Position numbers and translations under genes: made by a program
The notes under the pieces: model-generated
Told to the model about the DNA's origin: nothing
Seen by the model: only the letters and a program-made list of their open reading frames with translations
The model's database searches: none
Source: Spirochaetaceae bacterium
Lineage (GTDB): Bacteria > Spirochaetota > Spirochaetia > DSM-2461
Reading direction: 5' to 3'
Length of the DNA stretch: 64,000 nt
NCBI GenBank assembly: GCA_051531975.1
Contig: JAOPTT010000003.1
Span: 64,001 to 128,000 of the forward strand
Shown: positions 10,452 to 19,791 of the stretch, piece by piece
Position numbering within the stretch: position 1 is the stretch's first letter
Layout: each line of letters begins with the position of its first letter

Positions 10452-11671
10452 ATTAATTTCCTGCCTAATACCTTAAAGTGGTTATCAGGAATATGAATAA
10501 TGTTCCATGAAGCGACAACTCCTAAAACTTCTTCTTGTAAAGAGTCTATATAACCATCTAACATACCTTCCGATATTTTAGTAGAGAAGTAGGGACAATT
10601 TACAATTTCTAATCCACTATAAATAGGTACAGAATTATTAACCTGTTTTTGTGCTATCTTAAGATCTACTAATGCATTTTTTGGATCAACACCATTTTTT
10701 TCAATTTCAATTAAATTGTTTGGTAATTCAAAACCAAAATGTCTTTGCAAAAATCTAAGAAAGGCACTTTCTGAAACCTTAGGTGCAAGATTTCTAAAAC
10801 CATTAGTTAAACATATAATTTCCAGTGGGAATGCTGCTGGACCCATGGCGTAACAGTAAGACATGGTTTTAATCCAATCACATTGTGTAGAAAGTAGTGA
10901 ATAATCCTGTCCTGTAAAAAATGATAAACCTGGTGATAAAAGATCCAAACCAACTATTTTATCATTATTAAATCCATATTTATTATAAAGACTAACAGCC
11001 TTATATATCTGATTTCTCTTATATTGAAAAAAGGAACTAAAATCCTCAAATATTTTTTCAAAATTATTAAAACTATTTAATTTTTTATCATCTAATGTTG
11101 AAATCTTTTTATAGAAATTTGAAACCTTACTCATTTCAGATTTTAAGTCCATATTTTGTTCTAGACAGTAAGATGAATAGGATGTAAAAAAAGTAGAAAA
11201 AATTGACTCAAAACCATTAGCTGGAGAGGTATATCTAACTCTATCCAGGAAAACACCGTCATATTCATACTCTTCCATAGAAGATTTAAATTGGTTGAAA
11301 TTATTATCATTTATTAGATTATCAGTAGGATCTACAAATAAAAAACCTTCCTCACCCTTCCCAATTTTGTCCCATATACCTGATAGGTCTAAATCCTTGT
11401 GATAGGGTACTTGTGCCATGTTCTTTGTAGTTATATCTATATGGTTCATATCTGCAAAAACAGGATGCCAAAGATATGTTTCAATTTTGTTTTCTTTACA
11501 GAAATTTATAATTTCTTTTGTGTCATCTGAAGGATTTACATCCCAGATCATCAGCTTTTTCAGATCAAGATAGCCTTTTGTCCGGGCGATCTTATCTTTA
11601 ATGTCAGCCAAAGAGAAGGATTCCTTCTCTTCGACTCCAAGATAAAGCTGAGTACTATAATTAATACTCAT
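10448..11671 (-). CDS. Hypothetical protein, probable glycoside-hydrolase-like TIM barrel
   Basis: YDGVFLDRVRY and GQDYSLLSTQCDWIKTMSY resemble GH-like barrel strands; inside the sugar ABC operon. Confidence 0.5.
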   Translation of the reverse strand: MSINYSTQLYLGVEEKESFSLADIKDKIARTKGYLDLKKLMIWDVNPSDDTKEIINFCKENKIETYLWHPVFADMNHIDITTKNMAQVPYHKDLDLSGIWDKIGKGEEGFLFVDPTDNLINDNNFNQFKSSMEEYEYDGVFLDRVRYTSPANGFESIFSTFFTSYSSYCLEQNMDLKSEMSKVSNFYKKISTLDDKKLNSFNNFEKIFEDFSSFFQYKRNQIYKAVSLYNKYGFNNDKIVGLDLLSPGLSFFTGQDYSLLSTQCDWIKTMSYCYAMGPAAFPLEIICLTNGFRNLAPKVSESAFLRFLQRHFGFELPNNLIEIEKNGVDPKNALVDLKIAQKQVNNSVPIYSGLEIVNCPYFSTKISEGMLDGYIDSLQEEVLGVVASWNIIHIPDNHFKVLGRKLI

Positions 11672-11692
11672 TCTAAATTCCTTTTCCTTAAT

Positions 11693-12649
11693 TTAAAGTT
11701 CTGCTACTACACTATCAACGTTTTCTATACTTACAATTTCTGGAATAATTGAAATAATTTTATCCACTTTGTCTCCATTTAAGACTTTAGAAGCTGTTTG
11801 AACTGCAATGTAACCCATACTTGAAATTGATGCATTTGAAGTCATGTCAACTTTTCCTTCTTTGATATAAGGAATTAGCTCTTTAGAAAATTCTAAGCCC
11901 GTAATATTAACTTTGTAATCCAATCCGGCTTCTTCAACTGCTTCTGCTGCTGCAGATGCTGCGGAATACCACTGACAACTGATTAAGTCGATCTTTTCAC
12001 CTTTTTGTAAACTTGCCTCAACTGCACCTAGTGCGCCCTCTTTTGTCCAACCTGGAATACTTTGGCTATAAATAATGTTCCAGTTACTATGTTTTGCAAC
12101 AACTTCTTTAAAAGCTTTTGATCTCAATCTTTGTGGAGCTGTTCCAGCTGTTCCTTCAATTAATACAATATTAGAAGGTTCATTTCCTAATAGAGATTCA
12201 GCCATTTCACCCATTAAAAATCCTAGATATTCATCGTTAATTCCAATGAAACTTTCAACACCTTCAACATCTCCAGTTGGGTCTTCACCTAGTATGTTTG
12301 TAAATGTAATAAGAGGAATTCCAGCGTCCTGACAAAGCTCTATTGATGGTAACAGTGCTATATTGTCAGCTGAGCATAAAAGAATAACATCAACACCTCT
12401 GGCAACAAAGTTCTCCATCTGAGTTAACTGCTTACCAGCATCCCATTCCGCATCAGAATATATAAGATCTAATCCGAACTCTTTAGCTGCTTCATCCATT
12501 CCTTTACGTTGGATCATAAAGAACTCAACACTTCCAGGAAACAATACCGCGACTTGTGGGTTCCCACTTTTACTTTCATTTGTTCCACTTGCAAAAACGG
12601 TTGAAACTAATGTTACTAACAACAACAATGCTAAAATTTTCTTAGTCAT
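11693..12649 (-). CDS. Sugar ABC transporter substrate-binding protein (RbsB-like)
   Basis: Signal peptide ending FASGTNE; DAEWDAGKQ, GIPLITF and EGTAGT PBP type-1 motifs. Confidence 0.9.
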   Translation of the reverse strand: MTKKILALLLLVTLVSTVFASGTNESKSGNPQVAVLFPGSVEFFMIQRKGMDEAAKEFGLDLIYSDAEWDAGKQLTQMENFVARGVDVILLCSADNIALLPSIELCQDAGIPLITFTNILGEDPTGDVEGVESFIGINDEYLGFLMGEMAESLLGNEPSNIVLIEGTAGTAPQRLRSKAFKEVVAKHSNWNIIYSQSIPGWTKEGALGAVEASLQKGEKIDLISCQWYSAASAAAEAVEEAGLDYKVNITGLEFSKELIPYIKEGKVDMTSNASISSMGYIAVQTASKVLNGDKVDKIISIIPEIVSIENVDSVVAEL

Positions 12650-12682
12650 AAAAACTCCTATAGTATTTTTACAATTACATAC

Positions 12683-12697
12683 GCAATACCCGTGCCA
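12683..12697 (-). promoter_or_regulatory. Sigma54 (-24/-12) promoter of the ABC operon
   Basis: Minus strand TGGCACG-GGTA-TTGC matches the TGGCACG-N4-TTGC consensus, 34 bp upstream of the SBP start. Confidence 0.88.
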
Positions 12698-12748
12698 ATT
12701 TTTTAAGTCACTATTTAATTAGTTTTAGTAGATTCAATTCTAATAAAT

Positions 12749-12795
12749 GGGTAATAAATTGCACATTTATTACACCTCGTGCACGTTTTACACAT
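12749..12795. promoter_or_regulatory. Putative enhancer (UAS) for the NtrC-family activator
   Basis: Palindrome gtaataaat-tgcac-atttattac and adjacent gtgcacgttttacaca, about 50-100 bp upstream of the sigma54 promoter; could also act as the kinase terminator. Confidence 0.5.
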
Positions 12796-14584
12796 CCAAA
12801 GCTTCAGGAATAGAGACATAAAAAATAGTTTTATCTTCTATCTCTTTAAATCCAATCTCTCCTCTATGGTCTTCAACAATCTGTTTTGATATAGCTAGAC
12901 CTAGTCCTGTATTTTTTTTTGTAACCTTAGTAGTAAAAAATGGATCAAATATTTTGGATTTTTTATCTAGGTTAACTCCAGATCCATTATCTTCAACGCT
13001 CAAAATTACACTGTTATTCTTTTTTTTAATCTCTACATCTATTATGCCTTCGTCTAAAACTGCTTCGATGCTGTTAATTACAAGATTTATAATTACCTGT
13101 TTTAATTTACTAGAATTTCCATTTACAAGATATTCTTGGTTATCATCGATGTTTAGGTTCAAAGATATATCCTTCGTTTTAATTTTATATTCCAGCAGAA
13201 CCAGGGTTTCTAATAATATCTCTTTTAGGTCTATAGTAGTCTTACCACTTTGCATCTTTGAAAATGATAATAAACTGCCTGTAATTTCTTCAATCCTCGA
13301 TAACTCTTTTTCTATCTTCTGAATTTTTTCCTGACTATTAATATCAGTAATTTTCATTTTTAGAAGTTCTGTATAATTTGATATAATTGCCAAAGGATTA
13401 TTTATTTCGTGGACAACTCCTGCTGCAAGTTCAGCTAAAGAGAAAACTTTGTCTGCACCAATTTTATACTCCTGCATATGACATTTTTCTGTTACATCTT
13501 CTAACATAATTATAGAATCATCTGCTTCATTATCATTTGCTAGTGGAAATATAACGATGTCCATAAATTTACCATTTATGAGTTCCACCGAGGATAAACT
13601 AAGATGAAAATTCTTTGTAAGTGATGAAAGAATAAGTTCTTTGGAATTTTTATCTATAACAAATCCTTCCTGTAATCGTTCTAGAAAGTTTTCTCCACTG
13701 TTATCCATATCTAGAATATCTATTGCACTTCGGTTTATTACTGAAACTCTTTTTTGGTTATTAAAAACAATTATTCCCTCTTTTAGCTCATCAATTATAG
13801 ATTTAGAATATCTTTTTTCTAAAAATGAGTCCCAATCATTTCCTGCTGTTAATAATTTTGCATAGGAGAGTTCAACAAGTTTACTTTTGTCTACATTTTT
13901 TATATCCTCGGTTCCTTGCCTTCTTCCATCTTTTAAAATTGTAATTCTGTCTGCAAAATCAAAATCTTCATTAATGTTAGAAAAAATGTAGATTATACTT
14001 TTCCCCTTATTTTTAAGTTTTCCTAACAGCGTGTGTAATATTTTTAACTCTTCTGTTTTGAATCTTGATGACACCTCATCTAATATAAGAACATCAGGAT
14101 TATGAATCAGTGCTTTAGCAATCTCAATAAAATTTCTATTAAAAGGAGAGAGTTTTTTTACTGGAATGTTTAGATTAAAGTCTACATTAAATTCAGACAT
14201 TAACTGCTTCAGGTTTTTTAACATTTCTGCTCTTTTTAAAGTTTTAAAAATATTAGTTATAAATCTGCCAGAATATACGTTTTCATAAGAATTAAAATCG
14301 AGGATTAGATTGCTATATTGGTAAATTACTGAAATATTCTGATTTAGAGAATCTTTGGGTCTTAAGAACTCAACAACATTTCCATCTAATAAAATTTTTC
14401 CTTTATATTTTTTACACGCTCCTGTTAATATATTAACAACTGAGGATTTCCCACAAAAATGTTCTCCGTATAAGGCGTGAATCTCTCCCTCTTTCAGATC
14501 AAAGGAGAAATTCTGTAGGGCAAATACATTCTCTTCTCTATAAACAGAGATATTTTTTAGAACTAATTTATTTGCTCCCTTCAC
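12788..14584 (-). CDS. Soluble sensor kinase: N-terminal ABC-ATPase-like domain + PAS + HisKA + HATPase_c
   Basis: GEIHALYGEHFCGKS, EIAKAL, VLILDE (RbsA-like NBD); SIIDELKEGIIVFN (PAS); AAGVVHEINNPL, DNGSG, IFDPFFTTK, TGLGLAIS; no TM segment. Confidence 0.88.
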   Translation of the reverse strand: MKGANKLVLKNISVYREENVFALQNFSFDLKEGEIHALYGEHFCGKSSVVNILTGACKKYKGKILLDGNVVEFLRPKDSLNQNISVIYQYSNLILDFNSYENVYSGRFITNIFKTLKRAEMLKNLKQLMSEFNVDFNLNIPVKKLSPFNRNFIEIAKALIHNPDVLILDEVSSRFKTEELKILHTLLGKLKNKGKSIIYIFSNINEDFDFADRITILKDGRRQGTEDIKNVDKSKLVELSYAKLLTAGNDWDSFLEKRYSKSIIDELKEGIIVFNNQKRVSVINRSAIDILDMDNSGENFLERLQEGFVIDKNSKELILSSLTKNFHLSLSSVELINGKFMDIVIFPLANDNEADDSIIMLEDVTEKCHMQEYKIGADKVFSLAELAAGVVHEINNPLAIISNYTELLKMKITDINSQEKIQKIEKELSRIEEITGSLLSFSKMQSGKTTIDLKEILLETLVLLEYKIKTKDISLNLNIDDNQEYLVNGNSSKLKQVIINLVINSIEAVLDEGIIDVEIKKKNNSVILSVEDNGSGVNLDKKSKIFDPFFTTKVTKKNTGLGLAISKQIVEDHRGEIGFKEIEDKTIFYVSIPEALDV

Positions 14585-15882
14585 ATCATGTCCAGTTTCT
14601 TCATTTTGTTATATAAAGTTTTTCTATGTATTTTTAATATATCAGCCGCTTTTTGTTTTGAACCATCAGCCTCTTTTAATGCGTTAATAATTATCACTTT
14701 ACTTAAGGTATTTAGTAAAATTTCTGGGCTATTTTCTGTTACTTTTTCGATCATTGAATACTGAGAGGATAAATTACCCATATTAATATTTTCTGTTTTA
14801 CAAAAAATTACTGCTCGTTCCATACAATTTTTTAATTCTCTAATATTCCCAGGCCAAGAGTGTTTAATGAGTTGATCTATTACGTTCTGTTCTACCCCGT
14901 GGATTACTTTCCCATACTGAGTACAGAATTTGATTCTAAAAAAATCTATTAAATCTACAATATCTTCTTTTCTCTCTCTAAGAGGAGGAAGTTCTAATGT
15001 TATTACGGATAATCGATAATAGAGGTCTTCTCTAAAAAGTCCACTTTCTATTAACTTCTGGAAGTTTTTATTAGTTGCTACAACAAAACGGATATCAGTT
15101 TTTATAACCTTTGTACCACCAAGCCGTGTAAACTCCTGTTCCTGTAGCACTCTTAAAATTTTTGCTTGAGTAGTTAGAGACATGTCTGCTATTTCATCTA
15201 AAAAGAGTGTTCCTGTATGGGCAAGTTCAAACTTTCCTTGGTACTGTCTATCAGCACCTGTAAATGCTCCTTTTTCGTGTCCAAATAGTTCACTTTCTAA
15301 TAGAGACTCAGATAAGGCAGCACTATTAACTTTTATAAACGGCTTATCTTTTCTTGAACTTTCACTATGGATTAAACCTGCAATAAGTTCTTTACCTGTT
15401 CCACTCTCCCCAGTAATAATTACAGATGCATTACTTTTAGCTGCAATTTCCAGTGTCTCATAGACAGCTATCATTCTTCTGTTTCGACTATGTCTTTCAG
15501 GTTTAAATGTACTGCTTGTTGATACTAAGTTCCCATATTTTTCTATATTACTTAATAATTTTGGAAGTTTTATTGGTTTGGATAAAAAATCAATGGCTCC
15601 ATATTTCATGGCATCTACTGCTTTATCTACTGTAGGATATCCTGTCATAACAATTACATGGATCTCCGGGTTAGCTGTCTTAATCTCTTTTAAAAGATTT
15701 AACCCACCTTTCCCAGGCATTTGAATATCCGTAATAACAAATTGTGGAGGATTTTTGAGTATCTGCTCTAAGGCCAGAATAGGATCGGTATTGTATTTCA
15801 CGTGAAAATTCATCTCAATTAAAATTTCAGATAGTGATAGACACATCTCCTGTTCATCATCAACAATAAATATAGTATTCAT
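14581..15882 (-). CDS. Sigma54-dependent NtrC/AtoC-family response regulator
   Basis: REC (IVDDE, TDIQMP, KP); GESGTGKE, ESELFGHEKGAFTGA, WPGNIRELKN; Fis HTH. Confidence 0.95.
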   Translation of the reverse strand: MNTIFIVDDEQEMCLSLSEILIEMNFHVKYNTDPILALEQILKNPPQFVITDIQMPGKGGLNLLKEIKTANPEIHVIVMTGYPTVDKAVDAMKYGAIDFLSKPIKLPKLLSNIEKYGNLVSTSSTFKPERHSRNRRMIAVYETLEIAAKSNASVIITGESGTGKELIAGLIHSESSRKDKPFIKVNSAALSESLLESELFGHEKGAFTGADRQYQGKFELAHTGTLFLDEIADMSLTTQAKILRVLQEQEFTRLGGTKVIKTDIRFVVATNKNFQKLIESGLFREDLYYRLSVITLELPPLRERKEDIVDLIDFFRIKFCTQYGKVIHGVEQNVIDQLIKHSWPGNIRELKNCMERAVIFCKTENINMGNLSSQYSMIEKVTENSPEILLNTLSKVIIINALKEADGSKQKAADILKIHRKTLYNKMKKLDMM

Positions 15883-16101
15883 TTATCCCCCTTAGACAAT
15901 AAAAAATGCCCCTGTGTTTATACATTCATGGACTAGTTTACACAATAATGTCTTATACATAGGAATGCAGTCAAGGACAAATTACTATATTATTTAGGAA
16001 TAGTTACACATAAAGAAACATTACAAATAGTTACTTTAAGAAACAATAATAGGATACGAGCTTTGAGATATATAAACGAGATTGTAATGAATTTTAAATG
16101 C

Positions 16102-16422
16102 TTACCACTTAAACTTACAATAGCGACAAGAATTGTTATATGTTTTTTTTAAATTAAACAATTTATGAATAATATTAGAACCAGATTTATAGTTAGATGA
16201 ACCACACATTGGACAACCATTTTTATGTTTAACAAAATTAGCTGTTTCAAGAAGAACCCTGGCGATTGCATCTTCCTTATCACTTACAAATAATTTAATA
16301 TCAATTTTTCCATCACAACTTTTATTAGATATAAAACAATCAATATTTAAGTCATCAAAATATTCTCTAACTCTAAATGCAGGAAACTTTGATTCATTAT
16401 CTATGATACAGACTTTATGCAT
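16102..16422 (-). CDS. Hypothetical protein with C-terminal zinc ribbon (DUF2007-like)
   Basis: IKLFVSDKED..A; CPMCGS...CRYCKFKW. Confidence 0.6.
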   Translation of the reverse strand: MHKVCIIDNESKFPAFRVREYFDDLNIDCFISNKSCDGKIDIKLFVSDKEDAIARVLLETANFVKHKNGCPMCGSSNYKSGSNIIHKLFNLKKTYNNSCRYCKFKW

Positions 16423-16564
16423 TTTACGATCCCCTTCCTAATTTGATTAATAGTAATCAATATTAAAAAGAAGTTATAGATATAGAAAGTTATATAAAAG
16501 TTACATTTTAAATGAATATATAAAAAATACGGCATTCCAAATATTTAGTATTTTTATGTGATTT

Positions 16565-17236
16565 TTATAAAAGGTTCATTTCAACTAATTCTTCAATTTC
16601 ATAATTTCCAGGTTGTAAATTTTCAAAACATGATACAATTTTCGCCAAGCCTTTTGAATAACTTATTGCACCTTCTATTTTTGTCTCTATTTCTATTGAT
16701 GAATCTAAATCACCTATTCTGATTTTATGATATGCATGATGGTTTAGGTTTTTTATATTAAGTTTTTCTTGTTCATTCTTGTTTCTGATACTAATGATAT
16801 CATCTTCATTAAGACCTAAATATTGTGCAAATTTAATAGCTGTTCCTGGTTTAGATTTTTTTCCAGTTTGATGACTTTCGAAAATAGATATCTGTTCATT
16901 TTTAAATAAATCTTTGCCAAGTTTCAACCAATATATAAGTTTAATAATATTTATATCTAAATTAGGAGCATGTATATATTTAATAGAAATATTTTGAGGA
17001 GGCTCTAACTTATATTTATTTTCAGTTGAAGATTGGATATATGAAGAATCATACTGAATAGCCAACTTAAGTGATTCTTCAAATTCTCTTCCTGACCCTA
17101 TATGAACAAAGATTGAATTATTATCAAATACTCCAGAATTATTATATCGTTCTATATTTATATCTGTATAATCAGAAATATTGTTTGCTATAGAATCTGC
17201 TAATTTGCCATTTCCAACTATTACTAGCTTTTTCAT
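16565..17236 (-). CDS. Dihydrodipicolinate reductase-like protein (DapB family, divergent)
   Basis: VIVGNGKLA Rossmann; APNL; ESHQTGKKSKPGTA resembles the DapB substrate motif. Confidence 0.7.
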   Translation of the reverse strand: MKKLVIVGNGKLADSIANNISDYTDINIERYNNSGVFDNNSIFVHIGSGREFEESLKLAIQYDSSYIQSSTENKYKLEPPQNISIKYIHAPNLDINIIKLIYWLKLGKDLFKNEQISIFESHQTGKKSKPGTAIKFAQYLGLNEDDIISIRNKNEQEKLNIKNLNHHAYHKIRIGDLDSSIEIETKIEGAISYSKGLAKIVSCFENLQPGNYEIEELVEMNLL

Positions 17237-17466
17237 ATTTAGTCCTCAGCTTTTTGGTGATTTAGATATGTTAATACATACAATATAAAAGAAATGACTA
17301 CTTTACAATATAAATAAAACATCTAAATATTGGTCTAAATAAATTATTATTAAAGTTGAAACAATGAGTTAAGTCAATTAATATATAGTTAAGTACTATT
17401 TCAGTAATTATACATTTATATTTTTTTAATTTTTAATAGAGAAGAACAATATGACGAGGAGATTTA

Positions 17467-18336
17467 ATGTTAGATATGGAAATCATTACAGAAGAGTTTA
17501 AAATGATTAATGGGGTAAATCTATATTTTAAAACTATTGGTAAAGGAATTCCTATTATTGTTGTTCATGGAGGTCCAGGTTTAGCTCATAATTATCTATT
17601 TACATATTTTTCCCAATTATGTGATCAATATCAGATAATTTTCTACGATCAACGAGCATGTGGACTTTCGACCGGGGATGAAACTGAAAAAGATATAACA
17701 ATGGAAAATTTTATTGAAGATATAGAGGGTATTCGAAAAGCTTTTGGTATCGATAAGGTTAATTTAATAGGACAATCTTATGGTGGATTAATAACTCTTT
17801 CTTATGCAGTAAAATATCCACAAAATATGGGAAGCCTACTTATTTTAGAGTCTGCTGCTGCAAATCCAGAATCTGATATACAATTTGAGTTAATTATAGA
17901 TAAAAGAAAGTCACAATTTGATAAAACTCAATTATCAAAATTTGAAAATGAATTAGAGTTTTCTAATGCAAAATCTGAAATCATGAAGAAGTATTTCATG
18001 ATATTATTTAAATACTACTTTTTTGATGAAAGTTTTTTATCGGAATTATCCTTAGATTATTTAACTGATAAAATGGTAGATAAATTATTCCTAAGTGGAC
18101 GTTGTATTAAATCAGATCCAAATCTATTAAAGTTACTGCCAATAATAAAATGTCCTACATTAATAATTCATGGTGATTATGATCCTATTCCTGTAGAAGA
18201 TATTAGACTTATACATAATGCAATTGTTCAATCCCAATTTATTATAATTAAAGATTGTGGACATTTTGCTCATATTGAAAAGCAATCTCAATATTTTAAC
18301 GAAATAAGAAAATTTTATAATAAATACATAAATTAA
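17467..18336 (+). CDS. Alpha/beta hydrolase (proline iminopeptidase-like)
   Basis: HGGPG, YDQRACGLS, GQSYGG nucleophile, HGDYD, CGHFAHIE. Confidence 0.88.
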   Translation: MLDMEIITEEFKMINGVNLYFKTIGKGIPIIVVHGGPGLAHNYLFTYFSQLCDQYQIIFYDQRACGLSTGDETEKDITMENFIEDIEGIRKAFGIDKVNLIGQSYGGLITLSYAVKYPQNMGSLLILESAAANPESDIQFELIIDKRKSQFDKTQLSKFENELEFSNAKSEIMKKYFMILFKYYFFDESFLSELSLDYLTDKMVDKLFLSGRCIKSDPNLLKLLPIIKCPTLIIHGDYDPIPVEDIRLIHNAIVQSQFIIIKDCGHFAHIEKQSQYFNEIRKFYNKYIN

Positions 18337-18525
18337 TTTTTAAAAGATGTTTTATAGATTAGATATTACAGCCACTTTGATTAGGAAGTTGATACCATCT
18401 CCAGCGTTCTACAGATCCACGGCTTGTCCCTTGGACTAAGTGGAGGGATTGCCGTGATTCTTGTTCTATCGTAGTAAATCGATTGGTATTCACACTATTG
18501 ATCCTACGAATTGTTCGCGACAATA

Positions 18526-19755
18526 CTATTTTTTAGGTGACAAAACCTTAGAAACCCATAATTTATCCACTACAACGATTAAAGCAATACCAATAACAAC
18601 AATTCCAAAACCTATTGCTGGGGTCCGATTAATTCCAAAAAATAAAGACAAACAAGTAGCTAGTAGAACAAGTAAACGAGGCCACATAAACTTGTTCGTA
18701 ATCCTCCAAACCGTCGCCGCTGTTGAACCTACAAACAATCCAATACCAATAGACATTGTTAGAGCTGCTGAAATAGAAAGTGGAGTTGCGGAGTGTGGTA
18801 ATATCATCCCAAAAGCCACTGACAAACTGATAACTCCACAAATAAGAGGAAAGTGAAAATAGCTATAACCAGAAGTTGCTAATTTTGATTGAATTTCAGA
18901 AGGGCACTTCTTAAGATGATCTTCTAAGAATTCTCTAACCCATCCAAAATATGTCCACCATAATAGGCAGGTCACAATGACTGCTGCCCCTGCAGCTACA
19001 AGTAAGTACAGAGTTCTCTCATCTTCTGCTACTGAATTACCAGCAACAATCAAAGACTCACCTAATGCAATGATCACAATAAGTGCATGACGTTCAATAA
19101 AATGCCCAACACGTAATTCACTTATAGGTTTTTTCCCCTTACCGCTACCGGCAATAATACCTGAAGCCAAGTCTGCCATGACAGCTCCTAACCATAACCA
19201 CTGACGAAGTTCGGGTTTTACAAAAGCTCCCACCAAAATTGCAACCAAGCTCGACATCGCTGTAATGAATGTAGGAATCATATTAGAATCTTTCAGATGC
19301 TCTTTGTTAGATCCAATGGCAATCAATACCAACCCTATCATGCGAATCAGTAGATATGGCACAACAAACCAGAAAACACCGTCACTAAACGCCATATCTA
19401 CAGAAGCAGCCATGATAAAAGCAACTCCGGTTGTTATTAGAGTAACTACTCGTGTGGCAACCTTTTTAGTATCAGCAATATTCAAAGTACAGGTGAATTG
19501 AGTCCAAGCCCACCATACAAGAGCAAACATCAACAACGTCTGACTCACATTATGGAAATCTAAATGGTGAGCTACTAAGTGAGTTGTTCGAGTTATTGCA
19601 AAAACAAAAACCAAATCAAAAAAAAGTTCGACAAAATCAACAGACTGGTCGTTCGTCGCACTACCAAAAGGACTAGGACGATCCTTTTTTCGGATAGATT
19701 GTTCACCGGATAGCGGTATTGTATCTATTACCCTAAGCTTTTTTTTTATATTCAT
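18526..19755 (-). CDS. ltrA: Low temperature requirement protein A family membrane protein
   Basis: ELFFDLVFVFA, WWAW, HFIERHALIVIIALGES. Confidence 0.88.
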   Translation of the reverse strand: MNIKKKLRVIDTIPLSGEQSIRKKDRPSPFGSATNDQSVDFVELFFDLVFVFAITRTTHLVAHHLDFHNVSQTLLMFALVWWAWTQFTCTLNIADTKKVATRVVTLITTGVAFIMAASVDMAFSDGVFWFVVPYLLIRMIGLVLIAIGSNKEHLKDSNMIPTFITAMSSLVAILVGAFVKPELRQWLWLGAVMADLASGIIAGSGKGKKPISELRVGHFIERHALIVIIALGESLIVAGNSVAEDERTLYLLVAAGAAVIVTCLLWWTYFGWVREFLEDHLKKCPSEIQSKLATSGYSYFHFPLICGVISLSVAFGMILPHSATPLSISAALTMSIGIGLFVGSTAATVWRITNKFMWPRLLVLLATCLSLFFGINRTPAIGFGIVVIGIALIVVVDKLWVSKVLSPKK

Positions 19756-19791
19756 TCAAGTTCTCCTATTTTTCCATAATATTTGTTATTA

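Noticed and set aside
15990..16510. Short repeated gttac/aagtta words in intergenic DNA
   Set aside because: Irregular spacing in very AT-rich sequence; cannot support an operator call.
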